NCBI GenBank assembly: GCA_050273025.1
Contig: CP158635.1
Coordinates: 11,966,001 to 12,030,000, forward strand
Direction of reading: 5' to 3'
Length of the DNA stretch: 64,000 nucleotides
From: Cenococcum geophilum
Taxonomy: Eukaryota
Shown here: positions 13,970 to 28,300 of the stretch, piece after piece
Position numbering within the stretch: the stretch's first letter is position 1
How the letters are laid out: every line of letters starts with the position of its first letter
Position numbers and translations under genes: made by a program
The notes under the pieces: model-generated
What the model saw: only the letters and a program-made list of their open reading frames with translations
What the model was told of the DNA's origin: nothing
Database searches by the model: none

Positions 13970-16900
13970 TATCACGGAGTAAGTATAAGCGATAATAATA
14001 TATAGCAAGGTAGATATTATCAAGCTATATATATAAACTGCGTAAGGAAGTTAAGACGTTGCGTAAGGAAAGAAGGTAGGAAAACGGGAAGAAAGGGTAT
14101 ATATTGTTGACTTAGTTACTTAGTTAATATATATATAGGGCAGAATAGGGTTTAAGTCGTAGTTCTAGTAGAACTTAGTAGAATATAGTAAAATGCCGTA
14201 GATTGCCGTTAGATTGCTATTTTGCGGTTAGTCTTTAATTGCTAAGTTAGTAGAAACAGGTAGACGTGTATAAGGTGTTATAGGGGTGTCCCATAATAGT
14301 ACCCCCCTTTAAACTTAAGCTTCTATAAGATGGGGCTATAGTAGTTCTAGGTAGAGTTTATAAAAGTCTTCTGCGGCTTATATAAGTCCTATAGAGTTAA
14401 CAGGTTCTTATAAGGACTTAGTAAAGCCTCTCTATTTTGTAAGATATATATATTAGCGTTTCTATTTATTATACTTAATATCGTTAATTCTTTTAATAAA
14501 GCACTTATTCTCTCTATCCACTTTAACTAGTAGGGAGGGTCCTATATTTATCTAGGTAGGGCGTTTAATATAGGGGTAGTAGGATAGAGGACTAACGTAT
14601 AGAATATAGGGTGGATTTTAACCGTATTAGGGAGCTTTAATTAGTAGAAGTAATAGGAGACAACCTTCTTAACCTTATAAGGGCCAGTGTTCTTCTAATT
14701 AAGTTTCTTAGTAGGTCGTTTTATGTTTAGATTTCTTATATCTAGCCAGGTAAAGTTACTAATTTAATAGGCTGGTGCTAGGGTTCGTTTCTTATTCGCT
14801 ACGGCTTTATAGATAGATTAGGCCTATATTATTTTATTAGTAAGAAACCGTTATAGTTCCTCTATCTTCTCTATAAATTTATTTACTTCTATAACTTATA
14901 AGGCGTAATAAGCGGGGTAAGGAATATTGCTGAAGGGTTTAAAACCCGTTTATAGATACTAGCTGTAGTTAGCTAGAAATAGGAAGACTTTTATAGTTTC
15001 CGAGACAGAATTATTTATAGTAAACTTAGTAAATATAAGCCAGTTATTTAGTTATCTTATAAGTACGACGTATATATCCGAATATACTATTCCATTATAG
15101 TATTTATATATTCTATTTAACTATCCGTTTTTAGGTGGTATGCTATAGATAATAGTACTTTAATATAGAGTTAGGTAGTTAGTTCTTTCTAAAATATAGA
15201 GATAAACTAGCTGCCTTTATTGGAGATAATTGTTTTAGAGAGTTTATAGAGTTTCTATATATAATCCAGAAACAATTAGGCGATAGTAGGCGTTAATATA
15301 TTAGGGTAGGCGATCAAATGCCTTATCTTAGATAGTTGGTCTACTACTATTATAATATTTGTGCAGCCTTTACTTACAGGGAGGTTAATAATAAAGTTAA
15401 TTAAGATATCCTTTTATCTTTGGTCCGGAACAGGTAGTGGCTTTAGGAAGCCGTTATACTCTTATATAAAGCTTTGGCTTATTAATAGATATAGTAGCTA
15501 AAGATATACCTTTGTGTTATATTATGTATATTTAGCTAGTAATACTCCCGTTAGAGTAGCTCTAGGGTTTTTCCTTAGCCTAGATGGCCGGCGATAGGTA
15601 GGTTGTATACGTGTTTAAGGAGCTTAAGCTTAAGTTTATTATAGTCGGGTATAACTAGGCGGTTTTAGTAATATAAGCGGTTCCTATAGGCTTCGCATTT
15701 ACTTAAAGAAATCCTTTTAGAGCGTCTAATACCATCTTATATTAGTTTAAGCGTCTCTTAAGTAAACTCGTTATTTGGATATTTATTAGTTATAATCTAT
15801 TTAATTAATTAATTAGTTAATTTAAGGATGTATACAATAATATCTTTAGTAGAAGGGTTAAATAGTTTGGGATAAAGTAGGGTCTAATTTTAGTAAGAGC
15901 GCACTTCTTTTAGTGCTGGTGCGTCTTACGAGCGTTAGGTTAGGGTATTAGGCTTTTAGCCTTAAACGCCTAGATGGTATATAATTAAGAATTAGAAATA
16001 GAATAGGTATTCTAACTAGCGGGCCTAACGGTAGCTTAGCTGTTTTGTGGTTGTAAAGTACTATAGGTTCTTATAGTCACTAAGGACCTTAATTAAAAAT
16101 CTAGCGCCTTCTAGTTTAGGTCGCTATTGTTTAAAATATTTAATAATAGCTAATAATTTCTTATCGTAGATCTCGTAGTTATATTCGGCTAGGCTTAGTT
16201 ATTTTAAAAAGTATACTACGGGGTACAATATTCTATCTTTATTATATTAAGACAGGATACCTCTAGTAACGTAGTTAGATAAGTCGGCTTCTATAATACT
16301 TATTTGGTTTAGATTAAAGTATTAAAGTACGGGCGTAGTAGTAAATATAACCTTTAGATAGGTAAAGGCCTTCTTATATTCCTTATTAAAGATAAAGACT
16401 TTATCTTTTTAGGTTAGAGTTATAAGGGGTAAAGCTAAGGCGGAGAAGTTATTAATAAACTGTTAATAGAAATTAGCAAATCCTATAAAGGCTCTTACGT
16501 CCTTAACATTCTTAGGTTTTTACCAGTTTACAATTACTTTAACTTTCTTTAGGTCTATTTATATACTATTTATAGAAATAAGGAGTTTAAGGTATAAAAC
16601 TTCCGTTTTATAAAACTTGTATTTATCTATATCTAATTATAAACTAGCTTTGTATAGGGCTTATAAAAGAAGGTTAATGTGTTTCTAATATTTAGTTAGG
16701 TTATTACTATATATTAGGATGTTGTTAATATAAGCAGTATAGAAGATGTCCAGGTAGGGACGTAGGGTGTTATTTATATAATGTTAAAACAAGCTTGGAG
16801 TGTTTATAAGGCTAAAGGGTATTATTAAGTACTTAAATAGTCTATATTAGGTACGAAACGCAGTAAGCTATTTATCTCCTTTTGTAATACGGAGACGGTT

Positions 16901-19864
16901 AAATGCAGAGATAATATTAAGCTTTGTGTAATAACGAGCCTTACTTAGTTAGTTTAGTATTTTTTGTATTAATAGGATTAGATATTAGTTCTTAACGGTA
17001 ATAGTATTAAGAGCTTAGTAGTCTATATAGAAGCGCAGACTGCTACTAGATTTCTTAATAAAGATCACTAGTATAGCTATAGACGATAAGCTTACTCTAA
17101 TAAATTCTTTACTTAAGTTCTCGTCTAAATACTTTTATAGTACTTAGAGTTTGTTTTAGGATATCCTGTATAAAGGTCTAAATCTAGGCTGCTTTGCTTC
17201 TTTAAGTACAATCTTATAGTTATACGATTGGTGTTTTAGTAGCTTATCGGCTTTCTTCTATAAGAATACCTCTAGGCGGTTATAGTACTCTACTAGTACC
17301 TTTATAGTAGGGTTAGTGTACTTTTTCAGTGCTAAGGCCTTCTTAATATTAGTTATAGTAATAGCGAAGATTATATATTTGGGTTTCTTAGCGAGTCGTG
17401 CTAGCGGAGTAGCTCTAATTATGCGGATATCTAGGGTACTAAGCTCGCTTAGATTGTCTATAGTCTCTTATTTAGGTTTAGGTTCGGTATTAGGTACGGA
17501 GTTAATATTAGATTTAGGTTTGGGTTCTTTAATAATTTTTTTTATAGTAGAATACTAGTCTTTCTAATATTTCCATATATTAAGCTTAAGCTTCTATTTA
17601 GCTTGGGGCGGTATAGTGCTTAGTAATAGCTTATGGAATTTAGTGGAGTTATTAGATCCTTAGTGGATGTTAGTAAAATTCTTATATTAGTGAAATCTAG
17701 TGGATTCCTTGGGCGTAAAGTAGACATTAGTGGAAATCTTATATTAGTAGAATTTAGTAGAATTCCTAGGTTAGTAGAATCTGGTAGATTCCTTAGGTTT
17801 TAGTTTAGAGTCTAAATAGCAAGTTATAAGGCACTTTTACTTATAATAGAAGGCGGTAAATAGAAGCTTAAGGTTGTCTTAATTAATAGTTACCTTATAT
17901 AGCTTTATCTAGGGTTGTCTAAGAATTACTAGGTAACCTAGGGTAGTTATAAAGAGCTTAATCAATTCTTTATAGTTTAGGTATTAGAGTCTTAGGGCCG
18001 CTACGTAAGTAATACGGCCTAAGATAGTGCGTTTACCATTAAATCTAAATACGTTAATATGCCGGTTAAGGGGTATTAGGGTAAACCTATTGTCTTACGC
18101 GAAGATTTTATTGATAAATCCTATGCCGCTAGCTCCTATATTGATTAGGATTTAAGCGTTAGCCTATTAACCGTTCTACTAGAGATAGCAGTTAATGGTT
18201 ATACTACGATTCTAAGAGTTAGGGTTTATAATATCTAATACGTTTAATAAGATCTTGTAATAGAGCTGTTCTAGGGAGTGACTTAACCCTAGGATATACT
18301 TTTTAATAGTAAGCGGGAAGGGGTTCCTACGGAACGTTGGTTATAGCTTTACCCTTATAAGTAGTGCTTACTAAATACGGGGTTGGAACTAGGTAAAAAT
18401 CGGGGATAGTAACCGGAAGATTAATACGGTAAACGGCTGCTAGTGTTAGTTGTTTATAAATTATGTTTAGGTATAAGGACGGAGCAGTAGTTGGAGAGGT
18501 AGAAACTACTTTTATATTTAAAGCAGAGGCCTAGCTTAGTGCGTCGTTCTTATTTAAAGGACCTTAGTAGGGCGTACCCTCGGGTCCTAGTGTTAATATC
18601 TATAGCGTTAGGGTACTTAGGCTAAAATAATAACTTGGTAAATATTTATGGGGTTGTTATATTATATTAAGCGGGCTTCGGTGTTAGATATAGTATATTA
18701 TTATACCGTTTATTAATAAAGTTTGCGTAGGCATTAAGGGCTCCTAGTAGGTCTACGCCTATTAGGGAGGTTTTAGTTTAGGGCTTAGGGATTTAATAAG
18801 GCTGTTAATTAGTGCGGAGTTATTCTAGCCTATTTCCCTTACGTAACGGTTAAATTTAGAGAAGTATACTGGGAAACTTTTTATTCCTTAAGCTATGTGG
18901 TTTATCTTTCTTTAAGTAGTAGCTTAGCGGTTTAAGTTATTATATAAGGCTTTAAGAAGTATAACTAGGCTTTATACTAAGTTTAGCTAAAGAGGTTTAA
19001 TAAGGTTAGCTACCTTTTCTCCTAGTTAACTTAGGGCGTAATAGAGTCGGTTAGCTTTGGTTAGGTAATAGTTAGCGTTATTAGTTAGCTTATTTTTAAG
19101 CTAGCTTAGGAATAATTAAAGTTCTTATTATTTACTAGTAAATACTAGGGGATTTAGTAGTTGTTCGGATTGTTTTAGTGTAGTAGTTAGTTTAGGATAA
19201 ATAACTACTATAGGGTTAGGACTCTCGTTCCGCGTGTTTATCTCTAGAGATAGCGCTCGGTCTTAGGGCCCTAGCGTAGGCATTTTAAGGGTGCGGACTT
19301 CTTCTTAGAGGTCCTTAATTAATTACTAGTATCGTGCTTTTTATTTAGCTTATTATTAATTTAAAGTGGCTTAATTTTATATAAGGGCGTCTATAAAAGA
19401 CTTTTATATATTTACTAATTGTTTTTAAAGTGTGGATATAATACTAGCGGCCGTTATAGGAGCTTTAGGTTCGTTCTGCATATTAACAGTAGTATAGGTA
19501 GTTAACGTAATATAGTATTACGGAGTAAGTATAAGCGATAATAATATATAGCAAGGTAGATATTATTAAGCTATATATATAAACTTCGTAAGGAAGTTAA
19601 AACGTTGCGTAAGGAAAGAAGGTAAAAAAATGGGAAGAAAGGGTATATATTGTTAACTTAGTTACTTAGTTAATATATATATAAGGCAGAATAGGGTTTA
19701 GGTCATAGTCCTAGTAGAACTTAGCAGAATTTAGTAGGACTTGGCAGAATATAGCAGCATGTCGTAAATTGCCGTTAAATTGCTATTTCGCGGTTAGTCT
19801 TTAATTGCTAAGTTGGTAGAAATAGGTAAACGTGTGTAAGGTGTTACGGAGGTGTCCCGTAATA
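13970..19864 (-). mobile_element. Full-length Ty3/Gypsy chromovirus A, RIP-mutated
   Basis: LTRs at 13970-14298 and 19516-19864; GTTTA TSD; PPT next to the left LTR; minus-strand gag ~19480-18400, PR LI(D)(T)GASG ~18140, RT ~17100-16500, RNase H NYEIYDKKLLAI ~16160, IN ~15600-14900, chromodomain ~14520-14350. Confidence 0.96.
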
Positions 19865-22379
19865 GTTTATATACTATAAAAAATGCTCTAACTTAATAAA
19901 TTAAGTTTTAACCCTTTACTGCGACTCTATCTGGCTCTTAAGTGCAACTTTAATTCTAGCTAGCTGCTAGCAAGACGTCTCTACGCTATAATACTTTTTA
20001 TCCTTTTTTATTATTATTTTAAGCAGCGCCCTTTTAAGCGTATTTAAAAAGTAGTATATTTTATAAGAAATGGGAAACTGGTATACTAAATGCACTTTAA
20101 GCGTATAGGATATACCAGAATAATTATAATATAAATTAGAGGTGGTTTGTTATTTAGGTCTCTTTTACTTATATAGAGTTTAGAGCTAATTTAATAAATA
20201 GGGCTTAGTTTCTTGTTCTAAAATTAGGTAGTCCTAAAAATAGGATTATTAAAGGCTTAAACCACAGCCCCTACACTAAACGGTAAGTATAAATACTAGA
20301 TACTACGGGCTGTAAAGATATAGAAGGTTAAAATTGGGTTAAGTTTAGGTATTACTAAATATAGATTTTTAAACTGGTGGGACCAGTTTCTAATCCCCTA
20401 TTTTTAGGTATTAAGAGATAAGGATAGCATAGCAAGATATAATATATTATTATTTAACTAGTCTCTTTAGTCTTAGGCCTATCTTTACGAGTTTACTTAG
20501 GGGATATTTTGGCCTCTTAAAGCATTTAAATATATAAAGCTATGTTTTAGATCTTAGAGTAAGTTAAGTCCTATAACGTAGAAGTGTATACTAATAAGAA
20601 AGTAGATATAATATTCTTAAAAGAGGACAAAAATTCTCTAAATAGTGTCCTTCCAAAGCTCTAAGCAGCAGGCGAGTTGCAGGTATAGTAATTAGCATTA
20701 TTATATTTATTATTATACTGCTTACTCTTTATATATATTTGCGTCGCCGAAAACGCGCTATACGCGTTAGAAAACTCGAAATTAGTCCCGGTACAGCTTT
20801 ATAGCAGGGTTAGAAGGGACTAGATTATCTATAATAGGATTAGTTTAGTAGTAAAATAAATCTATATTAATTCTTACCTGCTATAATATAGCTGCCTATA
20901 AATTTTAGAACAAAATTATTAAGCGCTAATTATATATCTCTCTTATACTCTGCATTGGAATACCTTATCTACTATTCCTTTATAGCGACTAGCTTAGCCG
21001 CCTAGATCTATTCTACTACTTCCTATTATTGCTCTTATAGTCTCTGCTTTATATAGATAGAGCCTAGCTAACGTCCGTTCTTAGGTTATATAAAACCTAC
21101 CATACCGTAAAATATAAGGAGTACTTTAATATTAAGCGACTATAACTATGCGCATACGTAGATGTTTACTATAATTCTATATTAGTTATATACTATAACT
21201 ACGTTTAACCATTTAGAACTCCTTCTATCTAAAAATTACCTTATATATTGTCGCCTTTGCGCCTAATACGTAGAGAGTCTTATTCTTAAATAAAATAGAG
21301 TTCCTTCCCTATAGCACTACCGTGAAGCTCTAATAACTTTATAATACTTATAACAGTACTACCTAAGCTTAAGAACCTTACTACGATGCTAGGAAGTTAT
21401 TATTAGCCTTATATCTGCTATTGCGCGCAAATTTATATAGGGTTGTAACCCTAGTCAGTACCTTTAATTAGGAGCGATTACCCATTCTAGCTAGTGCAAA
21501 ACAGCTACATAATTATTATATTATAATTTATTTATAGCGGCGACTAAGCTGGCTTGTGGCTCTTACACCTATAGTTATATAATGTCTTAGTAAGCGGGCC
21601 TGCCCTAACCTATAGCTATACCTCTAGTAAACTAACTTACCTCTTCTAGAATTCGCTACTATTTAAGGATATAGCCGGAGCGGGTTAGCTCCCTCTCTAC
21701 TAGCGCCGGTAAGGTATAAGCACCTTAATAAAGAACCTAATATTAATGCTATTATATAACATAGTTTATTTCTAATGCAGCGACTTATATTAATAATAAT
21801 ACTAAATTTAATTCTTATTCTCTAAAGCCTATTAATATACTTTTTGTTAATATAAACTGCAGCTTCTATAACGGCTTATATAAATGCCTTTAAACCAAAG
21901 CTTATAAATTGCTATCTAATAAAGATACTAAGCTAAGGAGAAGAAGAAGAAGAAGAAGAATAGTTAAGGGTAGTAGGTGGATATGTCGCGAGGGCCGCTA
22001 AGGCGCTAGTAGTAAGCGGGCTAATAGCGATTTTCTATACCGGGCATGGAAAATCCTAATTAGTTAGTAGAAGTTAAGGTCTATAGAATATAGTAAGTAG
22101 CGTGCCCTAATACCGTTACACTTATATTGTATTATAAAAATCAAAAAGTACTTATAGATTTATTTATTAACACTATAAGGAAAGTAAAAGAAAATAGTTA
22201 AGGCTAAAAGTGTAGGATAAAGGCCTTAAGAACAACCTTTAGTTATATAGTTTGTAGAATTCTATTTTATATATACTTAATTTATTAAAATATATATCTG
22301 GCAAAACTTAACTTTAAGGACCAGGCTTAAATAGCTAATTATAAATAATTTAAACAGCTTCCTATTACTGTAGTTTTTA

Positions 22380-25300
22380 TTATAAAAAGTGGAATTAAAA
22401 CCTCTTATTGGCTGAGCCTTATTAATAATATAATGCCTAAATTAGCAGGTTAAGGGATAAAATATATTATTATACTTTCCACCTTATATATTAACATTAA
22501 TACCTTTATTAAGCAGCAGCATTATAACCTACTTATTACCTCTAATTAAAGCTGCCTGGAGTATATTATTATAGAATTTACTTTATACGTTAATATCAGC
22601 GCCCTTATTAAGCAGTAGTTTTATAACCTGTATATAGCCTCTATATAAAGCCGCCTAGAGTGCATTGCCGTAGTATCCACTTTATATATTAATATTGGTG
22701 CCCTTATTAAGCAGTAGCTTTATAGCCTACTTATTACCTCTAGTAAAAGCCGCCTAGAGTGCATTGCTATAGAATCTACTTTACGCGCTAATATTAGCGC
22801 CCTTATTAAGTAGCAGCTTTATAACCTATATATAGCCTCTAGCCAAAGCTGTCTAAAGTGCGTTACTATGGTGTCTACCTTACGCGTTAATATTAGCACC
22901 TTTATTAAGCAGCAGCTTTATAACCTACTTATAGCCTCTAGCTAAAGCTACCTAGAATATATTACCGTAGTATCTACCTTACGTATTAATATCGGCGCCT
23001 TTATTAAATAGCAGCTTTATAACCTATATATAGCCTATAGCTAAAGCCGCCTAAAGTACGTTACCGCAGTATCTACCTTACGCGTTAATATTGGCGCTTT
23101 TATTAAGTAGTAGCTTTATAACTTAGACGCGGCCTCTAACTAAGGCTACCTAGAGTATATTACTATAGTGTTTACCTTATATGTTAATATTATTATTAAT
23201 TCTATTTATCGCCCGATTTGGTCCCTATTCTAGGTCTATGCAGGCTTCTACCTTCTATATAGGAAAAATCCCTAATTAGGGGAAAACCTAGGTGTATCCT
23301 TTTAGCTAGTCTTACGCGCTCCACCTTCGCCTAGCCTGTATATCTTTGTAGTTTGTTTGCCTTTCGTACCATGCTTCTAGGGTATCTTAGAAGATCTAGG
23401 GGGTAGTAGGAGGGTTAGGTGGTTCGCCTGCGTGTTGCCTTTAACTAGGCGGGGGTGTCCAGTCCCTAAGGGACTAGAAGGGGGCGTATCCTTTAATGTC
23501 CTCCTATTGGATCTTGTATGCTATCTGGAATTACTAAAGGACTCCTTAGCTTATTAGCCATTTTGCCGTTATATATAGGCCTCTACTAGTAGAGAGTATT
23601 CGGGTAATATTATTTGTGCCCGCCCTAGCGAATAGCTAGTCTCTAGCTGTATAGTAGTTATAAAAGAGTAGCACGTGGCGTACTAATTGTGTAGACTATC
23701 CGCACGTATAGTATAGTGTAGTTTATAGAATATAGATGCTTACTAGCTATGCGTTTAGCCCTATTACCTCTATCCATAGTAAAAAGCCAGCCGTAGATTC
23801 TGCCTTCGTCTGTCCTTTGTATAGGGGGAGAGTTAGTATTATCTATAGGGTATTTCACGTGGCTGCTCTCTATATCTTCGCCGCCTTCTTCTAGTGTCGC
23901 TTCTACTCTATATCTGCCTATCTTGCGATATATATAGTTGATCTCCACCTATATTGGTGGCCTCCTATCCTCTATTACCGTAGTGGTGCTCTACTGGCGT
24001 GGCGCCGGGTCTCTGCTTAGTGTTATAGTAGCTCCCGTATTTCTTGTTCTCTCTCTGCTGCTTATAGGCGTAGGGCCTCCTAGCTTGTGTACTTAGGCGC
24101 GTTACGCCTTTAGTAGGACCTTACTCCTCTCTAGTAAGGCCTTACTTTACGTATACGTTCTAGTACTTGGTATATATCTTTCTCTACTAGGTGTCCTTAT
24201 ACTATGGCTGCTCTTTATATAGTAGTTGTGTCTATATAGATATTAAGTAGTGGTACTACTACTTCGCGTTCTATTACGGCACGTAGTGTCCGCTTATAGG
24301 CTCCTATAATTCTACGTAGGTATTAGTTCTATAGTTTTTCTAGTAGCGCTAGGGAGCTTTTTACTATTAGCTTACCGTTTAGTCCAAGGCCCCAGATCTA
24401 GGCTTCGTATAGTATTGTTGGTCTTACTACTGCCGTATATAGTAGTCGTGTATGTCTAAATAATAGTCCCTAGGTTGAGGCTGTAATTTATAATACTGCT
24501 GTAAATGCTGCTGCACCCCTAGTAGTTGCCTTTATAATATATGCATTCTAGTTTAGTTTAGTGTCTACCTAGACCCTTAGGACCTTAAGTGTGGCTTCTG
24601 GCTTTACTTCGCATCCCTAGATACTTACCGTTAACGCTAGGTTGTTATTTACCCTCCTTTTTCTTATAAAATGGATAAGCTAGTATTTATTTAGTGTAAA
24701 TTTAGCACCACGTTATTTTGCCTATGTAATGTACCTATTATATGCCTAATTTAGCCTAGTGCAGTTTTCTACTGCTATGTTTCCCTATATAATAAGGTTT
24801 GTGTTGTCTATAAAGCCTAGGGCTACTATTTCCTGGTTATTGTTAAATGTCTCTAGTAGCTTAGATATAAAGAATAGGAACAGGATTGGCGATAGGGGTG
24901 ATCCCTATAGGATTCCTATGCGTATTAGTATTATTTTACTTTTATATCCCTTAAATACTATTTTAGTATTACGCCCTATTAAGAAGGATTAGGTAAACTT
25001 AATTATCTATTCTAGAAGGCCATTTTTTCTTAGGATCTATAGGAGCCTTTTATACAATACGTGGTTAAAGGCTCCGCTTATATCTAGGCTTAATATAGAT
25101 ACTATATAGCCTAGCTTAGCTTACTACGCTGCCTAGACGCTAAAAGTAATTAGGGAGATAGCTAATAGGGTTAATTGCTTCTTCCTTGCGCCTATTTATG
25201 TCCGTAGTAGTAGCTCGTATACTTTTATGGCTTCTTATATACGCTCTATAACTATTTTTTCTAGGAGCTTTCCTAGCGTGTTTTTAAGGGCGATTGGTCG

Positions 25301-28300
25301 GTAGCTTCCTAGTAAAGAGTAGTCCTTTTTATTTGCCTTTCGTAGGACAACTATAGTTATTGCTTTACAGCATTCTGGTAGCTTGCCTTTATATAGGTAG
25401 GTAGTTATAATATTAGCTAGTGGTATTATTAGAGCTTCTAATGCAGCTTTAATTACCTTATTTAGGATCCTATCTAGTCTTACTACTTTCCTATTAGGGA
25501 GCTTCTATATAGCGTCCTTTATCTCCTTTATTATAACTATCTGGCTTATCTCTAGAGGTATAGGGTCTTCTTAACTGCTAGTGTCCTATAGGTCCGCTTA
25601 GACTACGCCAGGGAAGAACCTCTCTGCTAGTATTTTTATTTTTTCCCCGTTATTATTTATGTATTAATTTTGTTCTGTCCTGCAGAGTATAGGTAAGTAG
25701 GGGTCTCCTAGCGTTTTACTAACTACTTTTTTGCTCCACTTTAACATGTGCCAGAGGCCTTAGTTATATGGTTTAGTAATATCTAAAGTAATTTCCTCTA
25801 GGAATCGATGCTAGCTATTTCTGCTTTCCTTCCATATTATCTTCTTAAGCCTATTCTTTAGGGCCTTATTAGTAGTAGGCCTCGCCTATTATACTATACT
25901 ATCGCCTCGCCCTCTTTAAGCCTATAAGTAGCTGTGCTGCCTTTAGCGACTACTTGCGCCGAGCATATTTGTTAGGCCTAGCCTTTAGGCAGTATTCCTC
26001 TAGGCAGTTACTTATAGTCCTTTAGATGTCCTCTAGCGTTACTTTAGGGGTCGCTGCTAGTCTATTATTAATTTCCTAGGAGTATTTTTTCTAATTAAGT
26101 TTTTTAATGGCGTATCTCTGGTGAGTTTATAGTACTAGGATAGCAACGTTAAGAGCTATCTGTATGGGTATATGGTCTACGGTTAGTACTTATATATCTT
26201 TTAGTCCGCAGAATCCTAGTTAGTCTATAAGCGCTTCTTATATAAATATAAGGTTAATTATGCTCTTTTAGGTTCCTTTTTTCCATGTGGGTTTACTAGT
26301 TAAGGTAGTTAAGATAATGTTTTATATTACTAGTTCGTTAAGTAGGTAAGTTGCTTATACTTCTACTATAGCCTATGGTCCTCCCTATGCCGTATAGTAT
26401 ATATTAAAGTCCCCTAGGACTATTATCTCGCCTTCTACTAAGTTAATGGTTTATTAGAGTAGGCCCTACGTAGTTATCTAGGGTCTATTATTACTTAGGT
26501 TGTAAACATTAATTATACTAATTTAGCCCCTCTCTATAGCTATTTATAGTTTAGCTATATTAGGGCTAATAGAGCGGTAGCTCTACGCCTATATATTAAT
26601 GTGTTTGCTAATTAGGAAGTACGCGTAAATAGCCAGGTCTGGTTTATATAGGAGGTAATATTCTTTTAGTTGGTACGTTTTTTGGGTTTACTTATTAAAT
26701 ACTAGTTCCTATATTATAATTATCTAGTATTCCTCTAGGTTTAGACTATTAAATAAAGGGCGCGTAGCTCTATAGTTTAAGTGTCCGTAGTTATATTAAA
26801 CTATTATTATTAATTTTATAGTGGTAATTGGTCTAGTAACTTACTAGCGCCTTTCCTTTATATCTGGGGCGTCCTATCTAAGATTATTATAATTGGGATT
26901 CTCTACTAGGATAGGTCTCTGGTAGCGTTAGTGCTGCCTTATAAGCGTCCTATAGCCTATTTTGCTGCTAGTTAGGTAGAGAGTGCTCCTATTAAGGTAG
27001 GTAACCTAGATCTCTTTTACTGTGCGATTAACTAGGTTCCGTTGTTTACGTTATTTGCCCTATTTATCTCCTTCTCCTTATAAGCGTTTCCCCGTACTAT
27101 AGCTGTATTCTAGTATAGTTTAATACGTCTTATTATAGTAGCTTTTAGGTATACCTGGTAGGTTTTATATACTATCTTTTGCTATACTCTATATCCTTTT
27201 CCGCAGTTTATACATCTATCTCCCTTATCCTTATAGCAGTCCTTAGTGTTATATGCGTTGGCGTATATCCTATACCTTACGTCCTTCCCGCATCCGCTTT
27301 AGGTGTACCCCTACTATTAGTATCTAAAGCATTATTAAACTTCTATCACGTAGTAGTATAGTTAGGCTTTATACTAGAGGCTATTTATAACTACTCCTTT
27401 ACGGGCTACTATAGCCTGCATTTCTTAGGTTGGTAGGTTAATTATTAGGGTACCACGTATTTTAATCCTTTAAGGCCCCGGTGTCTCCCCTATATATATT
27501 ATACACTCTTTTTTATATAGCTATGCGATTCTGGTTATAGTAATCCCTAGGACTAGTTTTTTAGTAGCCTCTATAATCCTTTAAATAATCTATATGTTTA
27601 TAGCGCCTTTCCTACTTTTTACTTATGTAGTAAGAGGTACCCCAATTATTTTAACTGGGAAATCCTGGCGGAGAATCTTGCACTTAGGGGTGTCTCCCTA
27701 GGTAAGGGTCTAGTCCTTTACCTCCTAGTTAGGGAGTATAACCTCTATATTGCCGCTATATAGAACCCTTATCGCCACTACCTTTAGTATATATACTTTA
27801 ATTAATATAAGGATCTATTCCAGGTCCGTTCCTACTACTATTAGTATATAAACCCTAACTGTGGCTCTTACTGGTGCTACGCTAGGTAGGCGAAGGAGGG
27901 TCGCCAGTTAGGCACCTACTGCGATGTTTGCCTATAATGGTTTTGCTACTTACGTTATTAGTAGTTTCTACTCTTTTATAGCGTCTTTAATGCGCCTAAG
28001 CCTATCCTCTACTATATTCTGGTTCTTATTATACTTTATCTAAAGTTTCTAGGTAATTTGGCCTACTTCTTAAGCTATATATACTACCCCTACGCGTAGG
28101 TGTTTATCTTCTCCCTTCCCTAGATTTTCCTTAATGTCTTTTAGGATGTCTATAAGTTTCTACTATTTCTAGTTAGTGTTCTTTAGTTGTTATAGTTATG
28201 TCGCCCTTTATTGTGTTTGTTGTTGTGTCGCGTTTTCCTATACGGCGCCTCCCCTTTAAGTCTGCTGCGACCCCCTAGGGTTGCGTAGGCTTTCTGGCTG

